Source: an uncultured bacterium
Lineage (GTDB): Bacteria > Edwardsbacteria > CAYGWX01
NCBI GenBank assembly: GCA_964353855.1
Contig: CAYGWX010000001.1
Location: forward strand, 139,389 to 203,388
Length of the DNA stretch: 64,000 nucleotides
Direction of reading: 5' to 3'
Shown: positions 25,736 through 34,049 of the stretch, in pieces
Position numbering within the stretch: the stretch's first letter is position 1
How the letters are laid out: each line of letters opens with the position of its first letter
Program-made: the position numbers and the translations under genes
Notes under the pieces: model-generated
Told to the model about the DNA's origin: nothing
Seen by the model: the letters and a program-made list of their open reading frames with translations, nothing else
Databases searched by the model: none

Positions 25736-26371
25736 ATGTTGAAGCGAGAAATTCCGCTCCTGATCACTTTCCTGACCGGCCTTCTGATGGTGGTGCAGTT
25801 CTTCGTGCCCCACCGTCCGATCGGGCAGATCGGGACCGGGGTCCTGACCTGGTATTCGATCATCGCAGGGTTCACCCTGCTTTTGGGCATCGACAGCCTG
25901 GTCAGTATGCACCTCAAGAAACTTCAGCGGAAGCAATCAGGCTGGGGCTACAGCATCATGCTCATCCTGGGGCTGCTCCTGGCCCTGGGCCTAGGCATCT
26001 TCTCCGAGATCCGATACGGCAGCGCGCTGGCCTTCGGGTCCCCGTTCATGTATCTTTACACCTACATGATGGTCCCCCTGCAGGCCACGATGTTCTCGCT
26101 CCTGGCATTCTTCATCGCCTCGGCGGCCTACCGGGCCTTCCGGGCCCGGACCCTGGAGGCCTCCCTGCTCCTGGTGGCGGCGGTGATCGTGATGCTCGGC
26201 CGGGTTCCCCTGGGCGCGGCTATCTGGGGCAAGTTCCCGATCCTGGCGGAGTGGATTATGACCGCCCCGAACGCGGCCGCGACCCGGGGCATCCTGATCG
26301 GCGTCTCCCTGGGAGCCCTGGCGATGAGTTTACGCATCCTCCTGGGCATAGAGCGGACCTACCTCTCGTGA
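25736..26371 (+). CDS. Polytopic membrane protein (set 2, gene B)
   Basis: Paralogue of 20387-21049. Confidence 0.85.
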   Translation: MLKREIPLLITFLTGLLMVVQFFVPHRPIGQIGTGVLTWYSIIAGFTLLLGIDSLVSMHLKKLQRKQSGWGYSIMLILGLLLALGLGIFSEIRYGSALAFGSPFMYLYTYMMVPLQATMFSLLAFFIASAAYRAFRARTLEASLLLVAAVIVMLGRVPLGAAIWGKFPILAEWIMTAPNAAATRGILIGVSLGALAMSLRILLGIERTYLS

Positions 26372-27189
26372 ACTGGCTCGCGAAGCTGGAGAAAATAGAC
26401 CGACGGTGGATCTTCTTGGGCGTGGCCCTGGTGGTCGCCGCGCCCCTGCTCCTCGGGCTCAAGACCAGCGTGGACATCACCCCGCCGGTGAAAAACACCT
26501 TCGAGGCCATCGACCGCCTGCCCCCGGGCTCGGTGGTCATGGTCTCCATCGACTACGACGCCTCGACCATGCCCGAGAACCAGCCCATGCTCCTGGCCGT
26601 GCTGAGGCACGCCTTCCAAAAGAACTTGAAGATCATCCTGATGGGCCACTGGCCCCTGGGCCTGCCGGTGGGCACCCTGGGCCTGGACCAGGTAGCCCGG
26701 GAGATGCACAAGACCTACGGGACGGACTATGTGAACCTGGGATTCCGGCCCGGGACGGCCGCGGTGATGGTCAACCTGGGCACGGAGATCCGCAACGTCT
26801 TTCCCTCGGATTACAGAGGGGTATCTCTCGATTCCATCCCGCTCACCAGGGACGTTCACAACTACAACGACATCCGGCTCCTGGTCGGGATCGAAGCCGG
26901 GGACACCTACGAGTTCTGGATCATCTACGTCCAGGCCCGGTTCGGGCTCAAGATGGCCATGGGGACCACCGCGGTCATGGCCCCGACGGCGTATAAATAC
27001 CTGCAGTCCGGACAGCTCGTCGGGCTGATCGGAGGACTGAAGGGCGCCGCGGAGTACGAGAGTCTCATCGCCCATCCCGGGATCGGGCTGGCCGGTATGC
27101 CGGCCCAGTCCGCGGGACACCTGCTCATAATCCTGTTCATCCTCCTGGGCAATATCGGCTATTTCCTGAAGCGGAGGAAGAAGGCATGA
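26368..27189 (+). CDS. Membrane-anchored protein (set 2, gene C)
   Basis: GTG start overlapping upstream stop; paralogue of 22869-23732. Confidence 0.85.
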   Translation: MNWLAKLEKIDRRWIFLGVALVVAAPLLLGLKTSVDITPPVKNTFEAIDRLPPGSVVMVSIDYDASTMPENQPMLLAVLRHAFQKNLKIILMGHWPLGLPVGTLGLDQVAREMHKTYGTDYVNLGFRPGTAAVMVNLGTEIRNVFPSDYRGVSLDSIPLTRDVHNYNDIRLLVGIEAGDTYEFWIIYVQARFGLKMAMGTTAVMAPTAYKYLQSGQLVGLIGGLKGAAEYESLIAHPGIGLAGMPAQSAGHLLIILFILLGNIGYFLKRRKKA

Positions 27190-27842
27190 CCGTGGTCGGC
27201 ATCTGGATCGCGGCCTTCCTGACCCTGGCCATCTTTTCGTTCCTCTACAAGGACAACCCCTTCTACAAGCTCGCCGAACACCTCTATGTCGGGGTGTCCG
27301 CCGGATACTACGTGATCTACGTCTGGTCCACGGACATCCGGCCCCTGCTGTTCAACCCCTTCGTCCAAACCCACGCCCAGACCGGAAGCTGGGGGGCAGC
27401 GCTTACCCAGAATGCCGTGCTGTTCATCCCGGCCGTATTGGGGGTCGTCATGCTGCTCCGGGCCTTTCCAAAGATCGCCTGGGTCTCGCGCTGGCCGATC
27501 TCCTTCCTGGTGGGGATCGGGGCCGGGCTCGCGATCACCGCCGATGTCCAGGGATACCTTTTCCCCCAGGTGCAGGCCACCCTGGTGCCGCTGTGGGTCC
27601 GCGGGTCCCTGTTCACCACGTTCAACAATGTCCTGCTGTTCGTGGGAGTCGTGGGGACGGTGGGGTATTTCTACTTCTCCCGGGAGCACAAGGGGTTCCT
27701 GGGCGGGCTTTCCAAAGTCGGGATCCTGTTCATCATGGTCGCGTTCGGGGCCTCCTTCGGATACACCGTGATGGCCCGTATCTCTTTACTCATCGGACGG
27801 ATCCACTTCCTCGCCGCGGACTGGCTGCACCTCATCCGGTAA
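27186..27842 (+). CDS. Polytopic membrane protein (set 2, gene D)
   Basis: ATGA overlap; paralogue of 23802-24476. Confidence 0.85.
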   Translation: MTVVGIWIAAFLTLAIFSFLYKDNPFYKLAEHLYVGVSAGYYVIYVWSTDIRPLLFNPFVQTHAQTGSWGAALTQNAVLFIPAVLGVVMLLRAFPKIAWVSRWPISFLVGIGAGLAITADVQGYLFPQVQATLVPLWVRGSLFTTFNNVLLFVGVVGTVGYFYFSREHKGFLGGLSKVGILFIMVAFGASFGYTVMARISLLIGRIHFLAADWLHLIR

Positions 27843-27844
27843 GG

Positions 27845-28678
27845 ATGTCCTCCTGGCGATTTCTGGACACCGGGCCCGGGGAGGCGACCTGGAACATGGC
27901 CGTGGACGTGGCTCTGGCGGAGTCCGTCCGGAAGGGAGAGTCCCTCCCCGTGCTCAGGCTTTACACCTGGTCCCAGCCGGCCATCTCCTGCGGGCATTTC
28001 CAAAAGATCGAGCAGGAACTTGACCTCCAGGCCTGCACACGGAACGGGATAGCCGTGGTCCGGAGGCCGACCGGGGGGCGGGCGGTCCTGCACGGGAACG
28101 ACCTCACCCTTACCGTCGTGGCCAAAGAGACCGAACTCCGGATCGGAGCCAGCGTCGAGGAGACCTATCGGAGGATTGCAGAAGCCATTGCCTGTGGACT
28201 CAAAGGCCTGGGCATCCAGGTCGACTTGGTGCGCTCCCAGGCCTCGGGGAAGGAGATCCTGTCCTCGCCGTCCTGTTTTGCTTCCAAGGCGAGATACGAG
28301 CTTGCCCTTCAAGGCAGGAAAGCCTTCGGGTGTGCCCAGAGGAGGTGGGATGGCATCGTCCTCTCCCAAGGGTCGCTTCAGCTTTGGGGGGATGGGGAGG
28401 TTCCACCGGAGTTAAGGAGGCCGGGGCCTAAATCCGCTGCCCTCAGGAATACATGCAGAAAAGCGGCCACGCCGGGGGAGGACAAGGAAAAAGTCAAAGA
28501 AGGGATTGCCGGGGGTTTTCGAAGGACATTCGGGATTGAGCTTTTCCCCGACGGGCTTAGCGAAGAGGAGAAGGGGGCTGCCGGAAAGCTCCTCCCGATG
28601 CACCGCCCTCCCCGAAGAGACGAGGATAACCTGACCGAGAGGGAGGGAGGACAGAGTTTTTCCTACATTCGCCCTTGA
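27845..28678 (+). CDS. Lipoate-protein ligase / octanoyltransferase (LplA/LipM family)
   Basis: NMAVD, LRLYTW, VRRPTGGRAVLH, GRK..GCAQRR. Confidence 0.88.
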   Translation: MSSWRFLDTGPGEATWNMAVDVALAESVRKGESLPVLRLYTWSQPAISCGHFQKIEQELDLQACTRNGIAVVRRPTGGRAVLHGNDLTLTVVAKETELRIGASVEETYRRIAEAIACGLKGLGIQVDLVRSQASGKEILSSPSCFASKARYELALQGRKAFGCAQRRWDGIVLSQGSLQLWGDGEVPPELRRPGPKSAALRNTCRKAATPGEDKEKVKEGIAGGFRRTFGIELFPDGLSEEEKGAAGKLLPMHRPPRRDEDNLTEREGGQSFSYIRP

Positions 28679-28703
28679 CATTAAAGCTCTGAAATTATAT
28701 AAT
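28675..28703 (+). promoter_or_regulatory. Consensus sigma70 promoter
   Basis: TTGACA-N17-TATAAT. Confidence 0.8.
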
Positions 28704-28741
28704 TTACAGATATTCCAAATGAACCCACACGAGGGGCGACC

Positions 28742-29632
28742 ATGGGACTTGAAGCCGATCTGAAAGATTTCTCTGTCAGCGAGATTCTGTACCTGCTCTC
28801 CCACTTCAAAAAGAGCGGGCGTCTGCACGTCCGGGGCCCGGAGAAGGAGGGGGAGATGTTCCTCCTGGACGGGAACGCGATCCATGCTACCTCGGGGAGC
28901 ATGAGCGGGGTGGAGGCCATCTACAACCTCTCCCTGGAGCTTTCCGGGAATGTCTCCTTCGACCCCCGAGGCGAGACCAAGGAGCGCAGCGTCTCCGAAG
29001 CCGCGGACAAGCTGGTGGCCGAGGGAGAGCGGAGGCGGGTGGAGCTGAAGGAGGTGCTCACCAAGCTCCCGCCCTTCGAGACGGTCCTGGTCCGAACCCC
29101 GCATCCCCCGGACCAGACCGCGATCACGATCCGACGGTCGGACTGGGCGATCCTGGCCCTGGTGGACGGCCGGCGCACGATCAAGATGATCGTGGACGAG
29201 CCCAAGCTCGGGTTGCTGGAGGTCTTGAAGGCCCTGGCCTGGCTGATCTCCAAGGGGCTCATCCTGGATCCCCAGGCCGTGGACCGGGCCCTGCGCGAGA
29301 AGATGAAGGTCGTCAACGCCCTGATCCTGGAGTACGGCGGCAATGATCCCGAAGCCCAGAAGCCCTGGATCCAGTTCGTGGAGGAGACCATGCCGGCTTG
29401 CGACCTCTCGGGGAAGGTCCCCAAATACCTGCGTTTCGCCTACGGGCTCCTGGGGGTCTCGGAGGGACCCAAGAGCGACATCGCTCCCGATGAAGTGGAC
29501 GCCTTCATCGAGAAGCTCGTGCGCAAGGTGAACGAGCGGGCGATCTCGGAGTTCGGGCCGATCCTGGCCAAGCACAAGTACCAAGCCGTGCTGAAGAAGC
29601 TGCAGAACCTGGAGGTCGCGGCCCAGGCGTAG
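28742..29632 (+). CDS. DUF4388 (PATAN-like) domain protein
   Basis: MGLEADLKDFSVSEILYLL...KSGRLHV...G.AIHA; W.ILALVDGRRTI winged-helix-like segment. Confidence 0.8.
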   Translation: MGLEADLKDFSVSEILYLLSHFKKSGRLHVRGPEKEGEMFLLDGNAIHATSGSMSGVEAIYNLSLELSGNVSFDPRGETKERSVSEAADKLVAEGERRRVELKEVLTKLPPFETVLVRTPHPPDQTAITIRRSDWAILALVDGRRTIKMIVDEPKLGLLEVLKALAWLISKGLILDPQAVDRALREKMKVVNALILEYGGNDPEAQKPWIQFVEETMPACDLSGKVPKYLRFAYGLLGVSEGPKSDIAPDEVDAFIEKLVRKVNERAISEFGPILAKHKYQAVLKKLQNLEVAAQA

Positions 29633-29636
29633 GACG

Positions 29637-30332
29637 ATGCCCACGGAAAAGGACATCATCCAGGACTGCCAGAAGATCGAAGGAATAAAAGGGGGGGTCC
29701 TGGTCTCCAAGGAGGACGGGACGCTCCTCTTCAAGGGGGAGGGGACCCTGCCCGACACCCCCGAGATGGTCGCCTTTCTGGGGGGCGCGACCGAGGTCAT
29801 GGCCTCCCTCCTGGACCTCGGGCCCCTGTCCAGCGCCGTGGTGGAGGGGGGAGGGGGGAAGCTCCTCATCGTTCCGCACGGGGATAATTTCCTGGGCCTG
29901 GAGGTCGGGCCCGGAGGGCCATGGTGGATCGAGGCCCCGGAGGTCAGCGAGGTGCTCCTGGGCGGGAAAGTCGCCGAGCTGGAGGATGTGGAGAAGATCT
30001 TCCGCGAGAAGCTCAAACTCCTGAACCTGCTCGTGGAAGAGTTCAGCATGAGCGGGAACCGCGAGGAGTGGCTGGGCACGATCCTCGCCGAGATCGCGAA
30101 GATCGACCCCGCGGGCAAGCTCGCCCGCTACCTGCAGGTGGCCGACAGCCAGGTCAAGGGCAGCTACGGGGCCAAGGCCGACCTCACCAAGAAAGAGATC
30201 TCCGAGGCCTTCGAGAAGCTGGTCAACTCGGTCTGCAAGCGGGCGATCGGGGTCTTCGGGTTCGTGGAGGTCAAGCAGAGGTTCAAGGGGGTGATCGAGA
30301 AGCTCGCCGCCGCCCCGACGGGACCGAAATAA
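29637..30332 (+). CDS. Roadblock/LC7-like protein with C-terminal helical domain
   Basis: IEGIKGGVLVSKEDG N-terminus; C-terminus paralogous to that of 28742-29632. Confidence 0.7.
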   Translation: MPTEKDIIQDCQKIEGIKGGVLVSKEDGTLLFKGEGTLPDTPEMVAFLGGATEVMASLLDLGPLSSAVVEGGGGKLLIVPHGDNFLGLEVGPGGPWWIEAPEVSEVLLGGKVAELEDVEKIFREKLKLLNLLVEEFSMSGNREEWLGTILAEIAKIDPAGKLARYLQVADSQVKGSYGAKADLTKKEISEAFEKLVNSVCKRAIGVFGFVEVKQRFKGVIEKLAAAPTGPK

Positions 30333-30333
30333 G

Positions 30334-31056
30334 ATGGAAGACCTGCTCAGGCAGATCAGCCAGGTCCCGGGTGTCCTGGGGGCCTGTTTCATCGGTCGGG
30401 ATGGAGGGTTCACCAAGCAGGCCGACCTGAAGGAGGTCTCCAGGGAGAAGGTGGAGCGGGCCCTGAAAGTCCTGTCCCAGTCCCTGGACGCCTTGGGGGA
30501 GGGTTCCAAGCAAAAAGCGAAGAGCCTGGTGATCAACACTCCGGCCTACCGGTTGTTCGTCCAAAGCCTCGCGAACGGAACGCTCTGCGCGCTCTGCAGC
30601 GTGGCCACGGACCTGGGGGGCCTTCGGGAGACCCTGATCAGTGCCCCGCAGGCACCAGCGCCCCAGAAGCCCGCTCCTCCTCCACCCCAGAAGCCCGTTC
30701 CTCCACCTCCCAAACCGCCCCCTGCTCCGGCAGTCAAGGCCCCTGCTCCTCCTCCCCCGGCTAAGCCGGTTCCCGAGCCGAAGCCTGCTCCGCCCCCGCC
30801 GATGCCGGTGGTGGACGAGAAGCCTCTTCCCGCCTCCATCCTGGACGATATCTACGGGATCTGCGAGGCGGAGTTGGGGGACCTGGCGGTTACCATTTTC
30901 GAGAACCAGGAGGAGGACTCCAAGATCCGGGAGGGGGCACTGACCCGCGAGCGGGTGCTCCGGTTCTGCCTGGCGCTGCAGAAGGACGCGGGAATGATCA
31001 TCGGACCCAAGGCCAGCAAGGGCATGGCCGACCGAATGCTCGATAAACTGAAATAG
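30334..31056 (+). CDS. Roadblock/LC7-like protein with proline-rich linker
   Basis: LLRQISQVPGVLGACFIGRDG; PAPPPP linker. Confidence 0.7.
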   Translation: MEDLLRQISQVPGVLGACFIGRDGGFTKQADLKEVSREKVERALKVLSQSLDALGEGSKQKAKSLVINTPAYRLFVQSLANGTLCALCSVATDLGGLRETLISAPQAPAPQKPAPPPPQKPVPPPPKPPPAPAVKAPAPPPPAKPVPEPKPAPPPPMPVVDEKPLPASILDDIYGICEAELGDLAVTIFENQEEDSKIREGALTRERVLRFCLALQKDAGMIIGPKASKGMADRMLDKLK

Positions 31057-31068
31057 GAGAATGCCCCT

Positions 31069-31452
31069 ATGAGATTGCTCCTCACCTCCGGCGAGTTCTT
31101 TGCCTACATCACCCTGACGAACCTGTTGGCGGTCCTGGGGGGAGTGCTCCTGTGGGCGACCTGCTTCCTCTTCGCCATCATCGCCCGGCGCTATGAGCTG
31201 GTGCTGCGAAAGAAGACCAACTGGCAGTTCCTGATGTTCGCGCCCTCGGGGATTCTGCTCTACGCCCTGATCCAGGCCTACGCCTTCCTCTCCCAGATCA
31301 AGATGAGCCCGGCCCAGTCCTGGCTGGGTTACAGTTTCTTCCTGGTCTCCGGCTTCCTCTCCCTGTGGGGGGCGGAGCAATTCCGGCGTGCGATCCGGGT
31401 GGACCGCCGCAAGAAAGGAGGCGAGCCCCGTGATCGTGTCGCTGCCGGCTGA
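31069..31452 (+). CDS. Small membrane protein
   Basis: Three hydrophobic helices; GGAG RBS. Confidence 0.7.
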   Translation: MRLLLTSGEFFAYITLTNLLAVLGGVLLWATCFLFAIIARRYELVLRKKTNWQFLMFAPSGILLYALIQAYAFLSQIKMSPAQSWLGYSFFLVSGFLSLWGAEQFRRAIRVDRRKKGGEPRDRVAAG

Positions 31453-31771
31453 GCTGGTCTTCCTGATCGGGGCGGCCTGCTTCGCCCTGTCCCTCATCTT
31501 TTACAGCCTGATCCTGAAGCGGCTCCTGGCCATCATCCGGCGTCCCTCCGGGATCTGGGTCTTCCCGATCGTGGGGGCGATCCTTCTGGGCCTGGCCGTG
31601 ATCTTCCATTTCCTCCCCCTGCCTTATTATCCCCACCTGGATCCCTCCCGGACCGAGGTCATCCTGACGATCCTCCTGGAGAGGACCTTGGAAGCGTCCT
31701 TCCTGCTCCTGGCCGGGGTCATGGCCCTGGTCGCGGCCCTGGTCTATTTCCGCTGGGTGAGCAAGCGGTAG
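31430..31771 (+). CDS. Small membrane protein
   Basis: GTG start after AAGGAGG; three hydrophobic helices. Confidence 0.7.
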   Translation: MIVSLPAELVFLIGAACFALSLIFYSLILKRLLAIIRRPSGIWVFPIVGAILLGLAVIFHFLPLPYYPHLDPSRTEVILTILLERTLEASFLLLAGVMALVAALVYFRWVSKR

Positions 31772-31895
31772 TCCTTAAGCTTCCGGCTCAAGCGGTTTAA
31801 CGCAAATTCCTGCCCCTCTTCCTTTCAGCTTTTCAGAGGCGAGAGGGGTGTCCTTTTGAAGGGCCCCCTCTAAAAAGCGGGGCCCCGAACCCTAA

Positions 31896-33479
31896 ATGGC
31901 GATCCTTTCGGATTATCTGGTCATCGGAAGCGGACTGGCCGGCCTGTTCTTCTCCCTCCGGGCCTCGCAGCACGGCCGGGTGGCCCTGGTGACCAAGAAG
32001 GAGAAGACGGAATCCAACACGAACTACGCCCAGGGCGGGATCGCGGCCGTGTTCGGGAAAGACGACTCCCCGGAGCTTCACGTCCAGGACACCCTCTTGG
32101 CCGGGGCCGGGCTGTGTCATGAGGAAGCGGTCCGTGTGGCGGTCCATGAGGGGCCGGGGCTCGTGGAGGAGCTCATGGCCCTGGGGGTGGAGTTCAGCCG
32201 GGAGGAAGGGGGGATTTCCCTGGGCCGGGAGGGGGGGCACTCCCGCCGCAGGATCCTGCACGCCAAGGACCGCACCGGGCAGAGCATCGAGCAGGCCCTG
32301 ATCTCAAGGGTGGAGGCGAGCCCTTCGGTCAGCCTTTATCCCAACTACATCGCCATCGACCTGATCGTGGACAAGACGACCCGCACCTGCTGGGGGGCCT
32401 ACGTCCTGGACACGAAGACCGGAAAAGTGGAGAGCTTCCTGGCCCGGGCGGTGCTCCTGGCCACCGGAGGGCTGGGTCAGGTCTATTGGCACACTACGAA
32501 CCCCTCCCTGGCCACCGGGGACGGGGTGGCCATGGCCTACCGGGCCGGGGCGCAGATCGCCAACATGGAGTTCATCCAGTTCCACCCCACGGCCCTCTGT
32601 CATCCCCAGGCCGACTCCTTCCTCGTCTCCGAGGCCGTGCGGGGAGAGGGGGGGATCCTTCGTCTGGTGACCGGGGAGGCTTTCATGGGGAAATACCACG
32701 AGGAGAAGGAGCTGGCCCCGCGCGACGTGGTCGCCCGGGCGATCGACCGGGAGCTGAAGAAAAGCGGGGAACGCTGTGTCCTCCTGGACCTGGCGGCGAT
32801 TCCTGCGGAGCGGATCAGGAGCCGCTTCCCTCAGATCTACGAGCGCTGCCTATCCCTGGGTCTGGACATCACCCGGGAACCGATTCCCGTGGTCCCGGCG
32901 GCCCATTACGGCTGCGGGGGAGTGATGACGGACCTCTGGGGGAGGACCGGTCTGGCCCGCCTTTATGCGGCCGGGGAGACGGCCTGCACCGGCCTTCACG
33001 GAGCCAACCGGCTGGCCTCCAACTCCCTGCTTGAAGCCCTGGTCTTCGCCAGCCGGGCGGCCTCGGCGGCTGCGCAGGAGGTGGACGAGAGGGAGGCGGC
33101 CGTCCCCGAGCTTCCGGCCTGGGACTACGTGGGCTCGGTGTGGAGCGAGGAGGCCGTGGTGGTGGCCCACAACCGGGAGGAGGTGCGCCGCCTGATGTGG
33201 AACTTCGTGGGCATCGTGCGGAGCTCCTCGCGCCTTCGCTGGGCCTGGAAACGGATCCAGACCATGCGCGAGGAGATCCGGGAATACTACTGGCGCTACC
33301 GGGCCACCCCGGATCTGGCCGAGCTGCGCAACCTGGTCGCGGTGGCCTCGCTGATCATCAAGTCCGCCCTCCTGCGCAAGGAATCCCGCGGCCTGCACTA
33401 CACCCTGGACTACCCGGACCGCGATGACGAGCACTGGAAGAGAGACACGATCCTGAGCCTGGAAACGGAGAAGCCCTGA
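31896..33479 (+). CDS. nadB: L-aspartate oxidase
   Basis: IGSGLAG, AQGGIAA, EGGHSRRRILH, QFHPT, HGANRLASNSLLE, ESRGLHY. Confidence 0.95.
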   Translation: MAILSDYLVIGSGLAGLFFSLRASQHGRVALVTKKEKTESNTNYAQGGIAAVFGKDDSPELHVQDTLLAGAGLCHEEAVRVAVHEGPGLVEELMALGVEFSREEGGISLGREGGHSRRRILHAKDRTGQSIEQALISRVEASPSVSLYPNYIAIDLIVDKTTRTCWGAYVLDTKTGKVESFLARAVLLATGGLGQVYWHTTNPSLATGDGVAMAYRAGAQIANMEFIQFHPTALCHPQADSFLVSEAVRGEGGILRLVTGEAFMGKYHEEKELAPRDVVARAIDRELKKSGERCVLLDLAAIPAERIRSRFPQIYERCLSLGLDITREPIPVVPAAHYGCGGVMTDLWGRTGLARLYAAGETACTGLHGANRLASNSLLEALVFASRAASAAAQEVDEREAAVPELPAWDYVGSVWSEEAVVVAHNREEVRRLMWNFVGIVRSSSRLRWAWKRIQTMREEIREYYWRYRATPDLAELRNLVAVASLIIKSALLRKESRGLHYTLDYPDRDDEHWKRDTILSLETEKP

Positions 33480-33712
33480 TGTCCACCGATGACCTGGATA
33501 GCAAACGGAACCGCATCACGTTCCTATTCAACCTGATTGCCAGCCTGGTGGTCCTGGGGGTGGGGGTATTTCTCCTCATCGCGTCTTATTCCGGGTGGTT
33601 CGGAGCCCGGAGCTCCCGGATGAGCCTCCTGGCCTGGCTGGTCGTAGCTTACGGGGTCATCAGGTTTTTCCTTTATTATTTAAGGAAAAGACGCGCGGCA
33701 AGTGACGAGTGA
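33479..33712 (+). CDS. Small two-helix membrane protein
   Basis: TGATG coupling to nadB; two TM segments. Confidence 0.65.
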   Translation: MSTDDLDSKRNRITFLFNLIASLVVLGVGVFLLIASYSGWFGARSSRMSLLAWLVVAYGVIRFFLYYLRKRRAASDE

Positions 33713-33737
33713 CTCTTCGGGGAATGAAGACCACCGT

Positions 33738-33935
33738 CTGCGACGGACGGGCCTCCGTCTGGGGCGGACAGACCTCTCGCTGCAGCGGACAGACTTCTGG
33801 CTGCGACAGACAGACGTCTCGCTGCGACAGACAGACATCTCGCTGGGGCGGACAGACTTCTGGCTGCGGCAGACAGACGTCTCGCTGCGACAGACAGACG
33901 TCTCGCTGCGACAGATAGACCTCTCGCTGCGACAG
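33738..33935. repeat. 21-bp tandem array, 9 units plus partial, consensus CTGCGACAGACAGACnTCTCG
   Basis: Direct reading of units 33738-33926. Confidence 0.9.
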
Positions 33936-34049
33936 CCTGAGGAGGGGGCGGATTGCGCCTAAGTCTTTATTAAATGGTAGCTTAATTGACTACAGGCTGA
34001 AGACGATAAGCCTTTTGATACTCGATATTGTGACATCCTTCACTAACTT

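Noticed and set aside
30650-30805. Low-complexity C-rich stretch as a DNA repeat element (also Gly run 55110-55155)
   Set aside because: Explained by proline-rich and glycine linkers in proteins
33702-33962. 86-aa heptad-repeat ORF (LRQTDVS repeats)
   Set aside because: Open only because the unit length is a multiple of 3; overlapping frames are also open; no RBS support
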